NCBI GenBank assembly: GCA_964542535.1
Contig: CAZIUE010000010.1
Span: forward strand, 82,937 to 146,936
Direction of reading: 5' to 3'
DNA: 64,000 nt
Origin: an uncultured Pelobacter sp.
GTDB taxonomy: Bacteria > Desulfobacterota > Desulfuromonadia > Geobacterales > Pseudopelobacteraceae
The translations under genes and the position numbers were made by a program. Position 1 is the stretch's first letter. The number at the start of each line of letters is the position of its first letter. The notes beneath the pieces are model-generated. The model was not told the DNA's origin. It ran no database searches and saw nothing but the letters and a program-made list of their open reading frames with translations. Below, piece after piece: positions 1 to 9,588 of this stretch.

Positions 1-725
1 CCGAACACCTTCCTGAGCAGTTCCGTTCCCCGTGCCATGGGCTCGGTCCTGATCTTCTTCTCTTCCTCCCCCAGCATCGTGAACAGGCCGTCCACCGCCC
101 TGGTGGTGATGTAGCTGTCCAGATCCATGGCTCCCACGCTGCCGGCAAAGGGGATGGCGTTGAAGGACTCCACCATCTTGCCGTAGCGCTGGGCCACCCC
201 CACGTTTTTCATGCTGTCCGCTATGACCGGTTTGAAGGATGCGAAGATCTTGTCGCCGGTCTTCTTCTTGAAGTACTCCGTGGCCGATGTGGTGCCCCCT
301 TGCAGGATGCCGCGGGCATCCTCGAAGGTCATCTCCTTGATGGCGGCGACGAAGTACTCCGTTGCCTTGGGCGCCGCCTTTTCAGCGGCCCGGTTCATGC
401 TGAGCACCAGATCGTCCACCTCCTTCTGGTAACCGAACCTGCCCAGCAGGTCCGCCGCCGACTGGATCTTCTTCGGCAGGAGGATCTTGATCGCCTGGTT
501 GCCGAAGTAGCCGTCCTGTTGCGACACGGCCGTGACCGCCCTGGCCGCGCCGGTGGAGAGCGCCTCCTTCAGGCCGCTGCCGATGGTTGCATCGTCCAGG
601 CCCCCGGTTGTCGTGCCGGTGAGCCCCAGGCTCTTGGTCAGATTGTCGAAGAATGCCGCCTGGGATGGTACCCCGGCGCAGAGCAGCAGGAAAAGAAGGA
701 AAACTGCGGGTAGCGCGTGTCTCAT
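1..725 (-). CDS. DUF4197 family secreted protein (3' end runs off window)
   Basis: Hand translation from ATG 725: signal peptide, then [17 protein letters not shown]...[14 protein letters not shown]...LLRKVFG; not in the ORF track because the stop is outside the window. Confidence 0.85.
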   Translation of the reverse strand, partial: MRHALPAVFLLFLLLCAGVPSQAAFFDNLTKSLGLTGTTTGGLDDATIGSGLKEALSTGAARAVTAVSQQDGYFGNQAIKILLPKKIQSAADLLGRFGYQKEVDDLVLSMNRAAEKAAPKATEYFVAAIKEMTFEDARGILQGGTTSATEYFKKKTGDKIFASFKPVIADSMKNVGVAQRYGKMVESFNAIPFAGSVGAMDLDSYITTRAVDGLFTMLGEEEKKIRTEPMARGTELLRKVF

Positions 726-807
726 CGTATCGCCTCCGGGTATGAAGTGTGCTGAAACGGACGGGGAAAACCATAGCATATCCGTTGCCCCCTGTCTCGC
801 CTGGTGA

Positions 808-1608
808 CTATGCGCCGCTCCCCTGGGTTCGGGGGCTGTAATGTCGTTTGAGCCAGCGGCTCAGGCCGTCCAGCCCGGGGAAGAGCACCCGTTCGTTCAC
901 GTTGGCCTGGTCCAGCTTGTCGCGGATTTCCCATTTCAGGGAAGCGGGAATGATGATCTTGCGCGCCAGATAGGGGTACCGCGCCAGCCAGTCGTCCAGT
1001 ACCATGTGGGGATCGGACATGACCGAGCAGAAGGCGTACTGGTTGACGATCCGGTCATCCACGGAGGGGGGCTCGAAGAAAATCACCATCTTTTCTCCGG
1101 CCAGGGCGTCCAGCTCATCCAGGGAGTTGATGGATTCGGAGAGGAGTTGCAGGGTCATCACGTTTGCCCCTTCGGCCAGCAGTTTTTCCCGCAGGCAGTC
1201 GGGGAGCAGTTCATGGGCCTTGACGTAATTCACCGCCCAGATCACGCCGTCCTGGTCGAACTTGTCGATGGAGGCGGTGGCGAAGTGCATCGCCACGAAG
1301 GGGGAGTAGGTCCAGTCCAGGACCCGCGTGGGGAGACCGAAGTGCTGGGCAACGGAGAGCCAGTGCCAGAGGGAGTCCCGCTCCACCACGCTCCGGTGGG
1401 CGTACTTCCTGAAATTACGCAGCAGGTGCCGCTCGACGTAGGCATAGTCTCCCCCCAGCCGGATCAGGCTCGTTTCCAGGCGGTAGCCGGCGTTGGAGAG
1501 GCCACGGAAAGCGAAACGCGAGCGGAATCGCTGCAATCTGTCGTTCCAGGAATGGGCGAAGAGTTCGCTCTGCAGTTCGTCCCATGAGCCGGCTGTTACC
1601 GTTTCCAT
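808..1608 (-). CDS. FRG domain-containing protein
   Basis: AFRGLS, AQHFGLPTRVLDWT, RIVNQ and LFPGLDGL motifs. Confidence 0.9.
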   Translation of the reverse strand: METVTAGSWDELQSELFAHSWNDRLQRFRSRFAFRGLSNAGYRLETSLIRLGGDYAYVERHLLRNFRKYAHRSVVERDSLWHWLSVAQHFGLPTRVLDWTYSPFVAMHFATASIDKFDQDGVIWAVNYVKAHELLPDCLREKLLAEGANVMTLQLLSESINSLDELDALAGEKMVIFFEPPSVDDRIVNQYAFCSVMSDPHMVLDDWLARYPYLARKIIIPASLKWEIRDKLDQANVNERVLFPGLDGLSRWLKRHYSPRTQGSGA

Positions 1609-1830
1609 GATGGCGCCTCCTCATCGTCTATGGCTGTGCGATCCCCCTGTCCGCCTTTGGGCGGAACTCCGTGCTGATAGTGTAACATAAAGCCCGCCAG
1701 GCAGACGGCGGCGCGGCAGGGATGGGGGCAGGCCGGGACGGGCATGACCGGTGCCCGGAAGGTGTGATGCCGGGCGGCTGGAGGCGGTTTCCCGTGGCGG
1801 GGAGACGGGAGGGAGTGGCGGCGGACGGGC

Positions 1831-2223
1831 TCAGTTCCGCGGGGAGAGGTGCAGCAGCGGGATCAGCGACGGGTCCACATCCTCCATGTGCTCCGGCCCC
1901 AGCCTGGTCAGGGCTTCCCGGAAACGGGCCGCCGCTGCCGCGAGTTCTCCGGCCGGGAGCGGTTGGGAGGAGGTGAAGCGCCGCAGACGCACGGCGCCCT
2001 TGTCCAGCAGGACCATGGCGCCCCGGTAGTTGCCGCTCTGCCAGTGGTGTAAGGCAGCGGCGATCTGCAGGATGCCCTGGTAGAACTGGCGGCGCTCCCC
2101 CCGAGAATCCGCCCAGAGCGTTTCCAGGGTCTCATGGCAACGGAACCAGTCGCGCCGGTTGAACTCGTCCGCCGCCTGTTGCAGCCTCATCCGCTCCGTG
2201 TACGATGGGGGCATGCCCTCCAT
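1831..2223 (-). CDS. DUF309 domain protein
   Basis: FN..DWFRCHETLETLW...FYQGILQIAAALHH motif. Confidence 0.85.
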   Translation of the reverse strand: MEGMPPSYTERMRLQQAADEFNRRDWFRCHETLETLWADSRGERRQFYQGILQIAAALHHWQSGNYRGAMVLLDKGAVRLRRFTSSQPLPAGELAAAAARFREALTRLGPEHMEDVDPSLIPLLHLSPRN

Positions 2224-2226
2224 GGC

Positions 2227-2949
2227 CTAGGGCGCCTTCGTTGTCGCCGGAGGCTGTGCGGCGGGCTGGGGAACGGCTGGTGCGGGGGACGGAGCTGCGG
2301 GGAGGGGAGGATGTTCAGGGACAGCTGCCGGTAACCGGGGCAGGAGGGACGGTTCCGGCCGCTCTCCGGGAAGCGTGGGGGCTGCCGTTGCGGGGGGAGG
2401 GGCTGTTGTCTCGGTCGCGGCGCCGGTTGCGGTGGTCGGGGCCCCGGCGTCGGGCCGGGCCTGCGGCTGGGGAGAGGGGGGAGGCGTCGTCTCTCCGTTT
2501 TTCCGTGCGGGCTCCGCTCCCGCCGGGGTGAGCGGGATGGTCAGGCGCTGTCCGATGGTCAGGCGGTAGGGATTGCGGATGCCGTTCATCCGCATCACCC
2601 GGGGAATGAGCCGCTCCGTCGCGGTGTCGGAGAGGCCGTAGCGACTGGAGAGGATCAGAAACAGGTGATCGCCGGAGCGCACGGTGTAGATGCTGGTTTC
2701 CTCGCCGTCGGCCGCATGGAGAGGAGCCGGGGCAGGCGCCCTGCGGGGGGGACGCGGTTTGCGAACCTTCCTGGCCTTTCGCGGCGGAGTCCGGCGCAAC
2801 TCCCTGAGATCGATGTCATAGGAAGGCTGGGGAAGATCCCGCGGGTTGATCTCGTACGGCTCCTGGCCGGCATATGCCACGAAAGCCGTCCAGAGCAGGC
2901 AGCCCAGCGTCACGCAGAGTATCCCCAGCCGCTTGTATCCATCAGTCAT
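2227..2949 (-). CDS. LysM peptidoglycan-binding protein with Pro/Ala/Thr-rich tail
   Basis: Signal/TM segment, YTVRSGDHL...NGIRNPYRLTIGQRLTIP LysM; start reassigned to MTDGYK. Confidence 0.8.
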   Translation of the reverse strand: MTDGYKRLGILCVTLGCLLWTAFVAYAGQEPYEINPRDLPQPSYDIDLRELRRTPPRKARKVRKPRPPRRAPAPAPLHAADGEETSIYTVRSGDHLFLILSSRYGLSDTATERLIPRVMRMNGIRNPYRLTIGQRLTIPLTPAGAEPARKNGETTPPPSPQPQARPDAGAPTTATGAATETTAPPPATAAPTLPGERPEPSLLPRLPAAVPEHPPLPAAPSPAPAVPQPAAQPPATTKAP

Positions 2950-2954
2950 GTTCT

Positions 2955-3875
2955 TCACGTTCTGTTCTCCTGTTCCGTTCGGTTGTTCATGTTCGTCTTG
3001 CCAACGCCGTACAGGCCGGTCAGCAGGTTGGCGCCGGGGGGGAGCGCGTCTGCCAGGCAGCCTGCCCGCTCCACCTGTCTGAAGATGGCCGTTGTCCGAT
3101 CGACGGCTTCCCCGGCCAGACCGTCCGGTGTGGTGATGCTGGCGATGTCCGTGACCGGGTGTCGCCAGCTGCCGACTGAGTTGATCATGGCCAGATGATC
3201 GGAGGCATCGCCCCGTAGGGGGTAGAAGAGCTGGGCCTGTTCCCTGACGGGGGAGCCGGGTAGAGTTGCCAGCAGCAGGGCGGCCAGTTTCCAGGGTACG
3301 GCGTCGTACATCCCCTGGATGCGGCAGTGCAGCGCCAGTGCTTGCTCCAGTGTCCGGCGGTGGAGCCTTCCCCGGGGGTCGAACAGCAGGGCCATGGCGT
3401 CGGTCAGCAGCGGGACCAGGGACGGAGGTGCTGCGCACGCCAGGTGCCGCAGTGGCGGCCGGGCGCCCCGCCGCAGAAAGTAGATATCGAGGGCGGTTTC
3501 CAGCCGGTAGTGCCGGCCGATGGACTCCACGCCGCTCAGGGCGTACACGTAGGGGTGGAAGACCATGTCGGTCTGCATGTGGCTGACAACCCCCAGCAGA
3601 CAGGCCATCAGAGGCTGGGGGAGGGTGCCGTCATATCTGGCCTCGGCCTCAACGAGCGGCTGGAAGCTATTGCCCCGGGAGTCGTGGAAATCGTCCGCCA
3701 GCTTGAGGGCCGTGGCGCTGTTGGGGCCGCGGACCAGGTGCAACAGGGTGTCGGGAAGCACCGCCCCCCCCAGGTAGGCCAGGTGATGGCGGGAGATGAT
3801 GTCGGCTAGCCTGCTTCCCGTCAACCGTTGGGCCGCGCGCTCTGCCAGAATCCAGTGAGTTATTTCCTTGGGCAT
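2955..3875 (-). CDS. zinc-dependent phospholipase C family protein
   Basis: MPKEITHW, GAVLPD, SHMQTDMVFHPYV and HYRLE motifs. Confidence 0.75.
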   Translation of the reverse strand: MPKEITHWILAERAAQRLTGSRLADIISRHHLAYLGGAVLPDTLLHLVRGPNSATALKLADDFHDSRGNSFQPLVEAEARYDGTLPQPLMACLLGVVSHMQTDMVFHPYVYALSGVESIGRHYRLETALDIYFLRRGARPPLRHLACAAPPSLVPLLTDAMALLFDPRGRLHRRTLEQALALHCRIQGMYDAVPWKLAALLLATLPGSPVREQAQLFYPLRGDASDHLAMINSVGSWRHPVTDIASITTPDGLAGEAVDRTTAIFRQVERAGCLADALPPGANLLTGLYGVGKTNMNNRTEQENRT

Positions 3876-4139
3876 GGTTCGCTCCCCGGGAGGTGCCGTG
3901 CGCCGCGGTTTCTCCCGCCAATGGCTCGTCTGGCGGCACTCCGGCGTCATGGTATCCTGGTATATGCCATTTGCGTCTGGCCGTCCAGCGGGTTGTCACG
4001 GGGGCGCCTACCGTCCGGGGCAGGGGGGCTCCCACTCCCCCTTGGTTCCTCCGTTGAAAAGTGTTATGGTGACAGCCTTGATTCCATCGCCCCGACCCGG
4101 GCCGGACAACGGCGCCCGCCGGTTCGGCGGAGAGACCCC

Positions 4140-5126
4140 ATGACCATGAACACACATCCCTTCCAGACCCTGACCCCGGAATTCGTCATGGACAGCGTGG
4201 AGAGCCAGGGCTTCCGCTGCGACTGTCGCACCCTGGCGCTCAACAGCTACGAGAACCGCGTCTACCAGGTGGGCGTCGAGGAGGGGGAGCCGCTCATCGC
4301 CAAATTCTACCGCCCCGACCGTTGGAGCGACGGCCAGATCAGGGAGGAGCACCTGTTCTGCCTCAGCCTGGCGGAGCAGGAGTTGCCGGTGGTGGCTCCC
4401 TGGCGCAACGACGAGGGGGAGACCCTCTTTTGCCGGGGAATATTCCGTTTCGCCCTCTACCCCCGCCAGGGGGGGCGGGCACCCGAGTTCGACAACCTGG
4501 ACAATCTGCTGATCCTGGGGCGCATGCTGGGGCGCATTCACGCCATCGGCGCGCTGCGGAGTTTCGAGGAGCGGCCGACCCTGGATAGCCGCGGTTTTGG
4601 TCACGAGAGCGTGGCCCTGGTGCGGGAACGCTTCATTCCCGACGAGTACCGGGAGAGCTACATCGCCCTTACCGAGCTTCTGCTGGCACGGATCGACGCC
4701 ATCCTGGCCGAGGCCGGCCCGGTACGCCTCATCCGCACCCATGGCGACTGCCATGCCGGCAACATCCTCTGGCGCGATGACGCGCCGCATTTCGTTGACT
4801 TCGACGATGCCCGCATGGCTCCGGCGGTTCAGGATCTGTGGATGATGCTCTCCGGTGACCGCCACCGCAGGACGGCCCAGCTGGAGGTGCTGATCAGGGG
4901 GTATCGCGAGTTCCGGGATTTCGACCCGCGGGAGCTGCGCCTGGTGGAGGCGCTGCGTACCCTGCGCATGCTGCACTACAGCGCCTGGCTGGCCCGGCGC
5001 TGGCAGGACCCGCTCTTTCCCGCCGCCTTTCCCTGGTTCAACAGCGTGCGCTACTGGGGTGAGCAGATCCTGCTGCTGCGCGAGCAGCTGGCGCTTCTGG
5101 ACGAACCGCCGCTGGAACTGGAATAG
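4140..5126 (+). CDS. srkA: stress response Ser/Thr kinase SrkA/RdoA
   Basis: LNSYENRVY, KFYRPDRWS, HGDCHAGN, VDFDD, PAVQDLW. Confidence 0.92.
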   Translation: MTMNTHPFQTLTPEFVMDSVESQGFRCDCRTLALNSYENRVYQVGVEEGEPLIAKFYRPDRWSDGQIREEHLFCLSLAEQELPVVAPWRNDEGETLFCRGIFRFALYPRQGGRAPEFDNLDNLLILGRMLGRIHAIGALRSFEERPTLDSRGFGHESVALVRERFIPDEYRESYIALTELLLARIDAILAEAGPVRLIRTHGDCHAGNILWRDDAPHFVDFDDARMAPAVQDLWMMLSGDRHRRTAQLEVLIRGYREFRDFDPRELRLVEALRTLRMLHYSAWLARRWQDPLFPAAFPWFNSVRYWGEQILLLREQLALLDEPPLELE

Positions 5127-5223
5127 CTCTCCGGTCCGTGGTGCGGTATAGGGATGCCGTGCGGAGAGAGCAACGGCGCGGTCGCTCGCCCTCCGGCGGC
5201 TTTGTTAACCAGTCGAGGAAGCC

Positions 5224-5967
5224 ATGTCCCCACGACAGGAAGCTGAACTCATGGATGCCTGCCGCATCCTGTTTCCCACGGCCGCCGTGGGCAGGGAGTT
5301 TCTCTGCCGGATAGAACCGGAAGGGCTGAAGAGCGCCTATCGCAATCGCGTCTGGGAGTGCCATCCCGACGCCTGCGGTGAAGACGCCGACCAGGCCCGC
5401 CGCACCGACCTGTTCCGCCGCTCGGTGGAAGCCTACAACCTGCTTGCCGAATATCTCAGGGGGCGTCAGCGGCCGCGCCTCCCCCTGCGCCGCGCCGCCC
5501 CCATCCGGAAGCCGGTCTTCCGGGTCGAGCCCATTGCCCCGCTTCCGGGGGAACAGTACTACCAGGGTCCCTTTCCCACCATCGAGCTGAAGCTGGGGCT
5601 CTACCTCTACTACTGTGGGGTGGTCTCCTACCAGGCGGTGGTGCGGGCCATGATCTGGCAGCGGGACCAGCGTCCCCCCCTGGGGGACTTTGCCCGGAGC
5701 TGGGGCTGGCTGGACGAGGCCGATGTGGCGGCGATCCTGGCCGCCACCGAGATCGTCGGCTCCTTCGGGGAGCGGGCCCTGGCACTGGGGCTCCTGACCC
5801 AGTCCCAGCTCAACCTGCTGCTGCTGCACCAGCGCTCCATGCAGCGGCAGTTGGGGTGCTATTTCGTGGAACAGGGCATGATGAGCGAGTTGACCCTCCG
5901 CCAGCACCTGCGCGGCCTGGCCCGCCACAACGCGCAGGTGAGGGAGTCGCGGCTGGCCGGTCGCTGA
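5224..5967 (+). CDS. J-domain protein with C-terminal MshEN-like repeats
   Basis: LKSAYR...CHPD J domain; four xLGxxhhxxGhhxxxxLxxxLxxQ-like 24-aa units. Confidence 0.8.
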   Translation: MSPRQEAELMDACRILFPTAAVGREFLCRIEPEGLKSAYRNRVWECHPDACGEDADQARRTDLFRRSVEAYNLLAEYLRGRQRPRLPLRRAAPIRKPVFRVEPIAPLPGEQYYQGPFPTIELKLGLYLYYCGVVSYQAVVRAMIWQRDQRPPLGDFARSWGWLDEADVAAILAATEIVGSFGERALALGLLTQSQLNLLLLHQRSMQRQLGCYFVEQGMMSELTLRQHLRGLARHNAQVRESRLAGR

Positions 5968-6011
5968 CGCCGCGCTCCGGTCTGGGGGATTGGGCCGTGT
6001 GCCGGGGAAGG

Positions 6012-6632
6012 TCAGGAATGTCTGCCCCTTGGGCGGGCACGGGGCAGCGACCAGTTGTGGCGCACGGCCAGGAGCCGCAGGACGATGACGGTGAAGGCCG
6101 AGGCCAGCAGCGTCAGTGTGCGGGGAGCGCCGCCATGGTGCAGGATGGTCAGCAGCGCTCCTCCCGCCAGGCAGGCCGAGGCGTACACCTCCTTCTGGAG
6201 CACCATGGGGACCCGGTTGGAGAGCATGTCGCGGATCATGCCGCCGGCGGTGGCGGTCATGACGCCTGCCATGACCGAGCCGACGAAGCCGAAGTTGAAC
6301 TCCAGGGCCTTGCCGGTGCCGATGACGACGAAGGTTCCCAGCCCGACCGCGTCGAAGAAGGTCAAGGGGTGGGTGAGCCGGCTCAAGGGACGGTGGAAGA
6401 TGAACACCAGCAAGGAAACGGCGAGGGAGAGGTACAGGTAGGTCTCGTCCTTGAAGATGAAGGGGGGTATATCGCCCAGCAGCAGGTCACGCAGGGTGCC
6501 GCCGCCGGTGGCGGTCACCACCCCCAGCACCATGACGCCGAAGATATCCATGTCGCGGCGGATACCGGCCAGGGCGCCCGAGGCGGCGAATGCGGCGGTT
6601 CCCAGAAGGTCGAGGGCATACAGCAGGTTCAT
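6012..6632 (-). CDS. TRIC channel / YadS-YicG family membrane protein
   Basis: Duplicated motifs TATGGGTLRDLL and TATAGGMIRDML; hydrophobic. Confidence 0.9.
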   Translation of the reverse strand: MNLLYALDLLGTAAFAASGALAGIRRDMDIFGVMVLGVVTATGGGTLRDLLLGDIPPFIFKDETYLYLSLAVSLLVFIFHRPLSRLTHPLTFFDAVGLGTFVVIGTGKALEFNFGFVGSVMAGVMTATAGGMIRDMLSNRVPMVLQKEVYASACLAGGALLTILHHGGAPRTLTLLASAFTVIVLRLLAVRHNWSLPRARPRGRHS

Positions 6633-6758
6633 GGCGTTCCGTTCTCCTGATGACAGTCTATCGTGCTCCCGGTCCACGGCAAACAACGGGAGACGTGTTC
6701 CGGCAGCGGCGCACTATAGCAGGAACGGATGCGGACATCCAGAAGGGATGGAGGACTC

Positions 6759-7907
6759 ATGCGTATCATCGTAGCACCTGATTCGTACAAGGGGAGTCTG
6801 TCGGCAGTGGAAGTGGCCGATGCCATGGCGCGGGGGATCGCCTCCGTCCTTCCCGATGCAACGATCGTCTCCCTGCCGGTTGCCGACGGCGGCGAGGGGA
6901 CGGTGGAAGCCCTGGTGGCCGCTACCCACGGACGGTTTGTCACCCAGGAGGTGAGCGGTCCCCTGGGCGAGCCGGTCATGGCCCGCTGGGGGGTCCTGGG
7001 GGATGCGGCCACGGCGGTGATCGAGATGGCCGCTGCTTCGGGGCTCCCCCTGCTGCCGCCGGAACGCAGAAATCCGCTTCTCACCAGCACCCGCGGCACG
7101 GGAGAGCTGATCAGGGCCGCCCTTGACGCCGGGCTGCGCCGCCTGATCATCGGCATCGGCGGCAGCGCCACCAATGACGGCGGCGCGGGGATGGCCCGGG
7201 CTCTGGGGGCGCGTTTCCTGGATGCCGGCGGGGCCGAGCTTCCCGAGGGAGGGGCGGCCTTGGCGCGGCTGGCGCGGGTGGATCTGAGCGGCCTTGATCC
7301 CCGTCTGGCCGACACCTGGATCCAGGTGGCCTGTGACGTGGGCAACCCGCTCTGCGGCGAAAACGGGGCTTCGGTCGTCTACGGTCCCCAGAAGGGGGCC
7401 ACGCCGGCGATGGTGCGGGAGCTGGACCGGGCCCTCGGCCATTACGCCCGGATCGTTGAGCAGACCACCGGCCGGGTTGTAGCTTCGCAGGCAGGGAGCG
7501 GCGCTGCCGGAGGGCTGGGAGCCGGGCTGCGCTTCTTTACCCCGGCCCGTCTGCTTCCCGGGGTGAAGATCGTGCTGGACGCGGTTGGTTTCGAGGAGGC
7601 ATTGCGGAACGCCGACCTGGTGATCACCGGCGAGGGGTGCAGCGACGCCCAGACCGCCCATGGCAAGACGCCGCTGGGGGTGGCACGGCTGGCCCGCAGG
7701 CAGGGCGTGCCGGTGATCTGTCTCTCGGGAGGGCTGGGAGCGGGCGCCGAGCAGTTGCTGGAGCAGGGGATTGACGCACTGTTGGGCATCGTCTCGTGTC
7801 CCATGCCGCTGGAGGATTGCATGGCCCGTGCCGCGGAGCTGGTGGAAGCAGCCACCAGCCGCATCTGCCGTCTTCTGCGGGTGGGAGAGCGGCTCTGCCG
7901 GCCGTGA
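6759..7907 (+). CDS. glxK: glycerate kinase (GlxK/GarK family)
   Basis: APDSYKGSL, ADGGEGT, GIGGSATNDGG, GAAGGLG, ITGEG. Confidence 0.92.
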   Translation: MRIIVAPDSYKGSLSAVEVADAMARGIASVLPDATIVSLPVADGGEGTVEALVAATHGRFVTQEVSGPLGEPVMARWGVLGDAATAVIEMAAASGLPLLPPERRNPLLTSTRGTGELIRAALDAGLRRLIIGIGGSATNDGGAGMARALGARFLDAGGAELPEGGAALARLARVDLSGLDPRLADTWIQVACDVGNPLCGENGASVVYGPQKGATPAMVRELDRALGHYARIVEQTTGRVVASQAGSGAAGGLGAGLRFFTPARLLPGVKIVLDAVGFEEALRNADLVITGEGCSDAQTAHGKTPLGVARLARRQGVPVICLSGGLGAGAEQLLEQGIDALLGIVSCPMPLEDCMARAAELVEAATSRICRLLRVGERLCRP

Positions 7908-7974
7908 CCGGGCCGTCCGGCACGGGAACCGGCATTACCGGGGGCTCTGCCGCTGCGGAGAGCATGGGGGCGGC

Positions 7975-8988
7975 ATGCGCGTAGCGCTCATCTCTCCCTA
8001 CAGCCTCGGTCCCGTGCGGGGCAACATCGTCACGGTCCGGCGCATCGCCGCCCACCTGCCCGAGGCGGGCATCCAGGCCGACACGATCCCCCTGGACAGC
8101 CTGGGGCCGTCGGAACAGCTGGCGCTGCTGAAGCAGCGGCGGCCCCTGCTGCTGCACGCTTTCCATGCCTACCATGGCGGTTCAGCCGCCCTCCGGCTTG
8201 CCGAGTCCCTGGACATCCCCTATCTGATCACCATCACCGGCAGCGACCTGTTCGATCCGCTCCTGCGCAATGATCCCGCCACCCGGCGGGCAATCCGCGG
8301 TGCCGCCGCAGTGACCTGCTTCGATGTGCTGGTGGCCCGCCGCCTGGTGGAGCTGATCCCCGATTGCGCCGCAAAGGTTGCCCTGATACCCCAGGGGGTC
8401 GAACCCCTGCCGTGGGCGGAGCCCTTCCGGCGCGGCGCGGACGAATTCGTGGTCTTCCTGCCGGCTGCGCTGCGGCCGGTGAAGGGGGTGCTGGAGGCCC
8501 TGGATGCTTTGGCCCCCCTGGCCGGGGAGATTCCCCGGCTGCGTCTCCTGGTGGCCGGCGGCGCACTCGACCCGGAGTATGCCCGCATCGTGGGAGAGCG
8601 GGCCGCCCATCTTGCCTGGGTGCGACTTCTGGGGGACGTTCCCTGGAGCAGCATGGGAGCGCTCTATACCGCTGCGGACCTGGTGTTGAACTGCTCGTTT
8701 TTCGAGGGGGGTATGGCCAACAGTCTCCTGGAGGCAATGGTCATGGCCAGGCCGGTTGCGGCGCGAGACGTACCGGGGAACCGTTCTCTGATCCGCCACG
8801 GCAGGAATGGCTGGCTCTTTGCCCATGACGAGGGGATGCGGGATCTGGTGCGCTCGCTGCTGCGCGAGCCGGACAGGGGACTCGGGGTGGCCCGCCAGGG
8901 GCGGGAAGACGTGCTCAGGCGCTGCTCCCCCGTCAGGGAGGCACGGCGCTACGCCCGGTTGTACGGGCGCATCCTGGGAGAGACTTGA
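7975..8988 (+). CDS. GT4 (GT-B) glycosyltransferase with GNxVTxxR N-terminal motif
   Basis: RPVKG, NCSFFEGGMANSLLEAM, RDVPGNRSLI. Confidence 0.85.
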   Translation: MRVALISPYSLGPVRGNIVTVRRIAAHLPEAGIQADTIPLDSLGPSEQLALLKQRRPLLLHAFHAYHGGSAALRLAESLDIPYLITITGSDLFDPLLRNDPATRRAIRGAAAVTCFDVLVARRLVELIPDCAAKVALIPQGVEPLPWAEPFRRGADEFVVFLPAALRPVKGVLEALDALAPLAGEIPRLRLLVAGGALDPEYARIVGERAAHLAWVRLLGDVPWSSMGALYTAADLVLNCSFFEGGMANSLLEAMVMARPVAARDVPGNRSLIRHGRNGWLFAHDEGMRDLVRSLLREPDRGLGVARQGREDVLRRCSPVREARRYARLYGRILGET

Positions 8989-9036
8989 GCCTGATTTCGG
9001 CGGTTGGGAACTGGCTGCATTCACGCGCGCTGCGGG

Positions 9037-9069
9037 AAAAAAATAAGGCCCGCGTCGCGCGCGGGCCTT
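9037..9069 (-). terminator. intrinsic terminator (minus strand)
   Basis: AAGGCCCGCG/CGCGGGCCTT stem followed by a T run on the minus strand. Confidence 0.75.
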
Positions 9070-9360
9070 CGGTCTGATGATTCCGTGTCCCTTAATCAAG
9101 GGTGGTTCCGGCGCCTGTCACGGTGCCGGACGGATTTTGCACGTTCCTATGGTGGTTCGGAGCAGCTTCTTCTATAGGGTGGCCCTCCTTTGTACCGTTG
9201 TTCCTGCGTCTCGGTAGCGCTACCTTGAGTAAACTATAGCCGTGAAATCAGAAAAATACAGTCTGTTTTTTTGAAAAATATCGGGCTATAGTTGTCCGGT
9301 TGCCGCCAGGGGCGGTGCCGGGACGAGCCGGTGCCGCCCCCTTGTTGGTGGTTGCGTCTT

Positions 9361-9585
9361 TCAGCGCAGGGCGTCGAAGAGGTACTCCAGGCCGTTGACC
9401 TTGATCTCGTACACCGTGCGCAGCATGTCGCCCAGCTTCCCCGCGGGGAAGCCCTCCTGGGCGAACCAGACCACATACCCCTCGGGCAGGTCGATCAGCC
9501 GGCGGCCGGCGTATTTTCCGAACGGCATGCGCATGGCGGCCAGTTCCAGCAGTTTGCGGTGGTCGAAGCCGGGGACGGTCTCCAT
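9361..9585 (-). CDS. DUF3820 family protein
   Basis: MPFGKYAGRRLIDLPEGYVVWF...YEIKVNGLE. Confidence 0.9.
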   Translation of the reverse strand: METVPGFDHRKLLELAAMRMPFGKYAGRRLIDLPEGYVVWFAQEGFPAGKLGDMLRTVYEIKVNGLEYLFDALR

Positions 9586-9588
9586 GGT

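Noticed and set aside
9037..9230. 6S RNA (size fits)
   Set aside because: No long 5'/3' end pairing with a central bubble and no zapA/ygfA context; kept only as an unknown sRNA candidate
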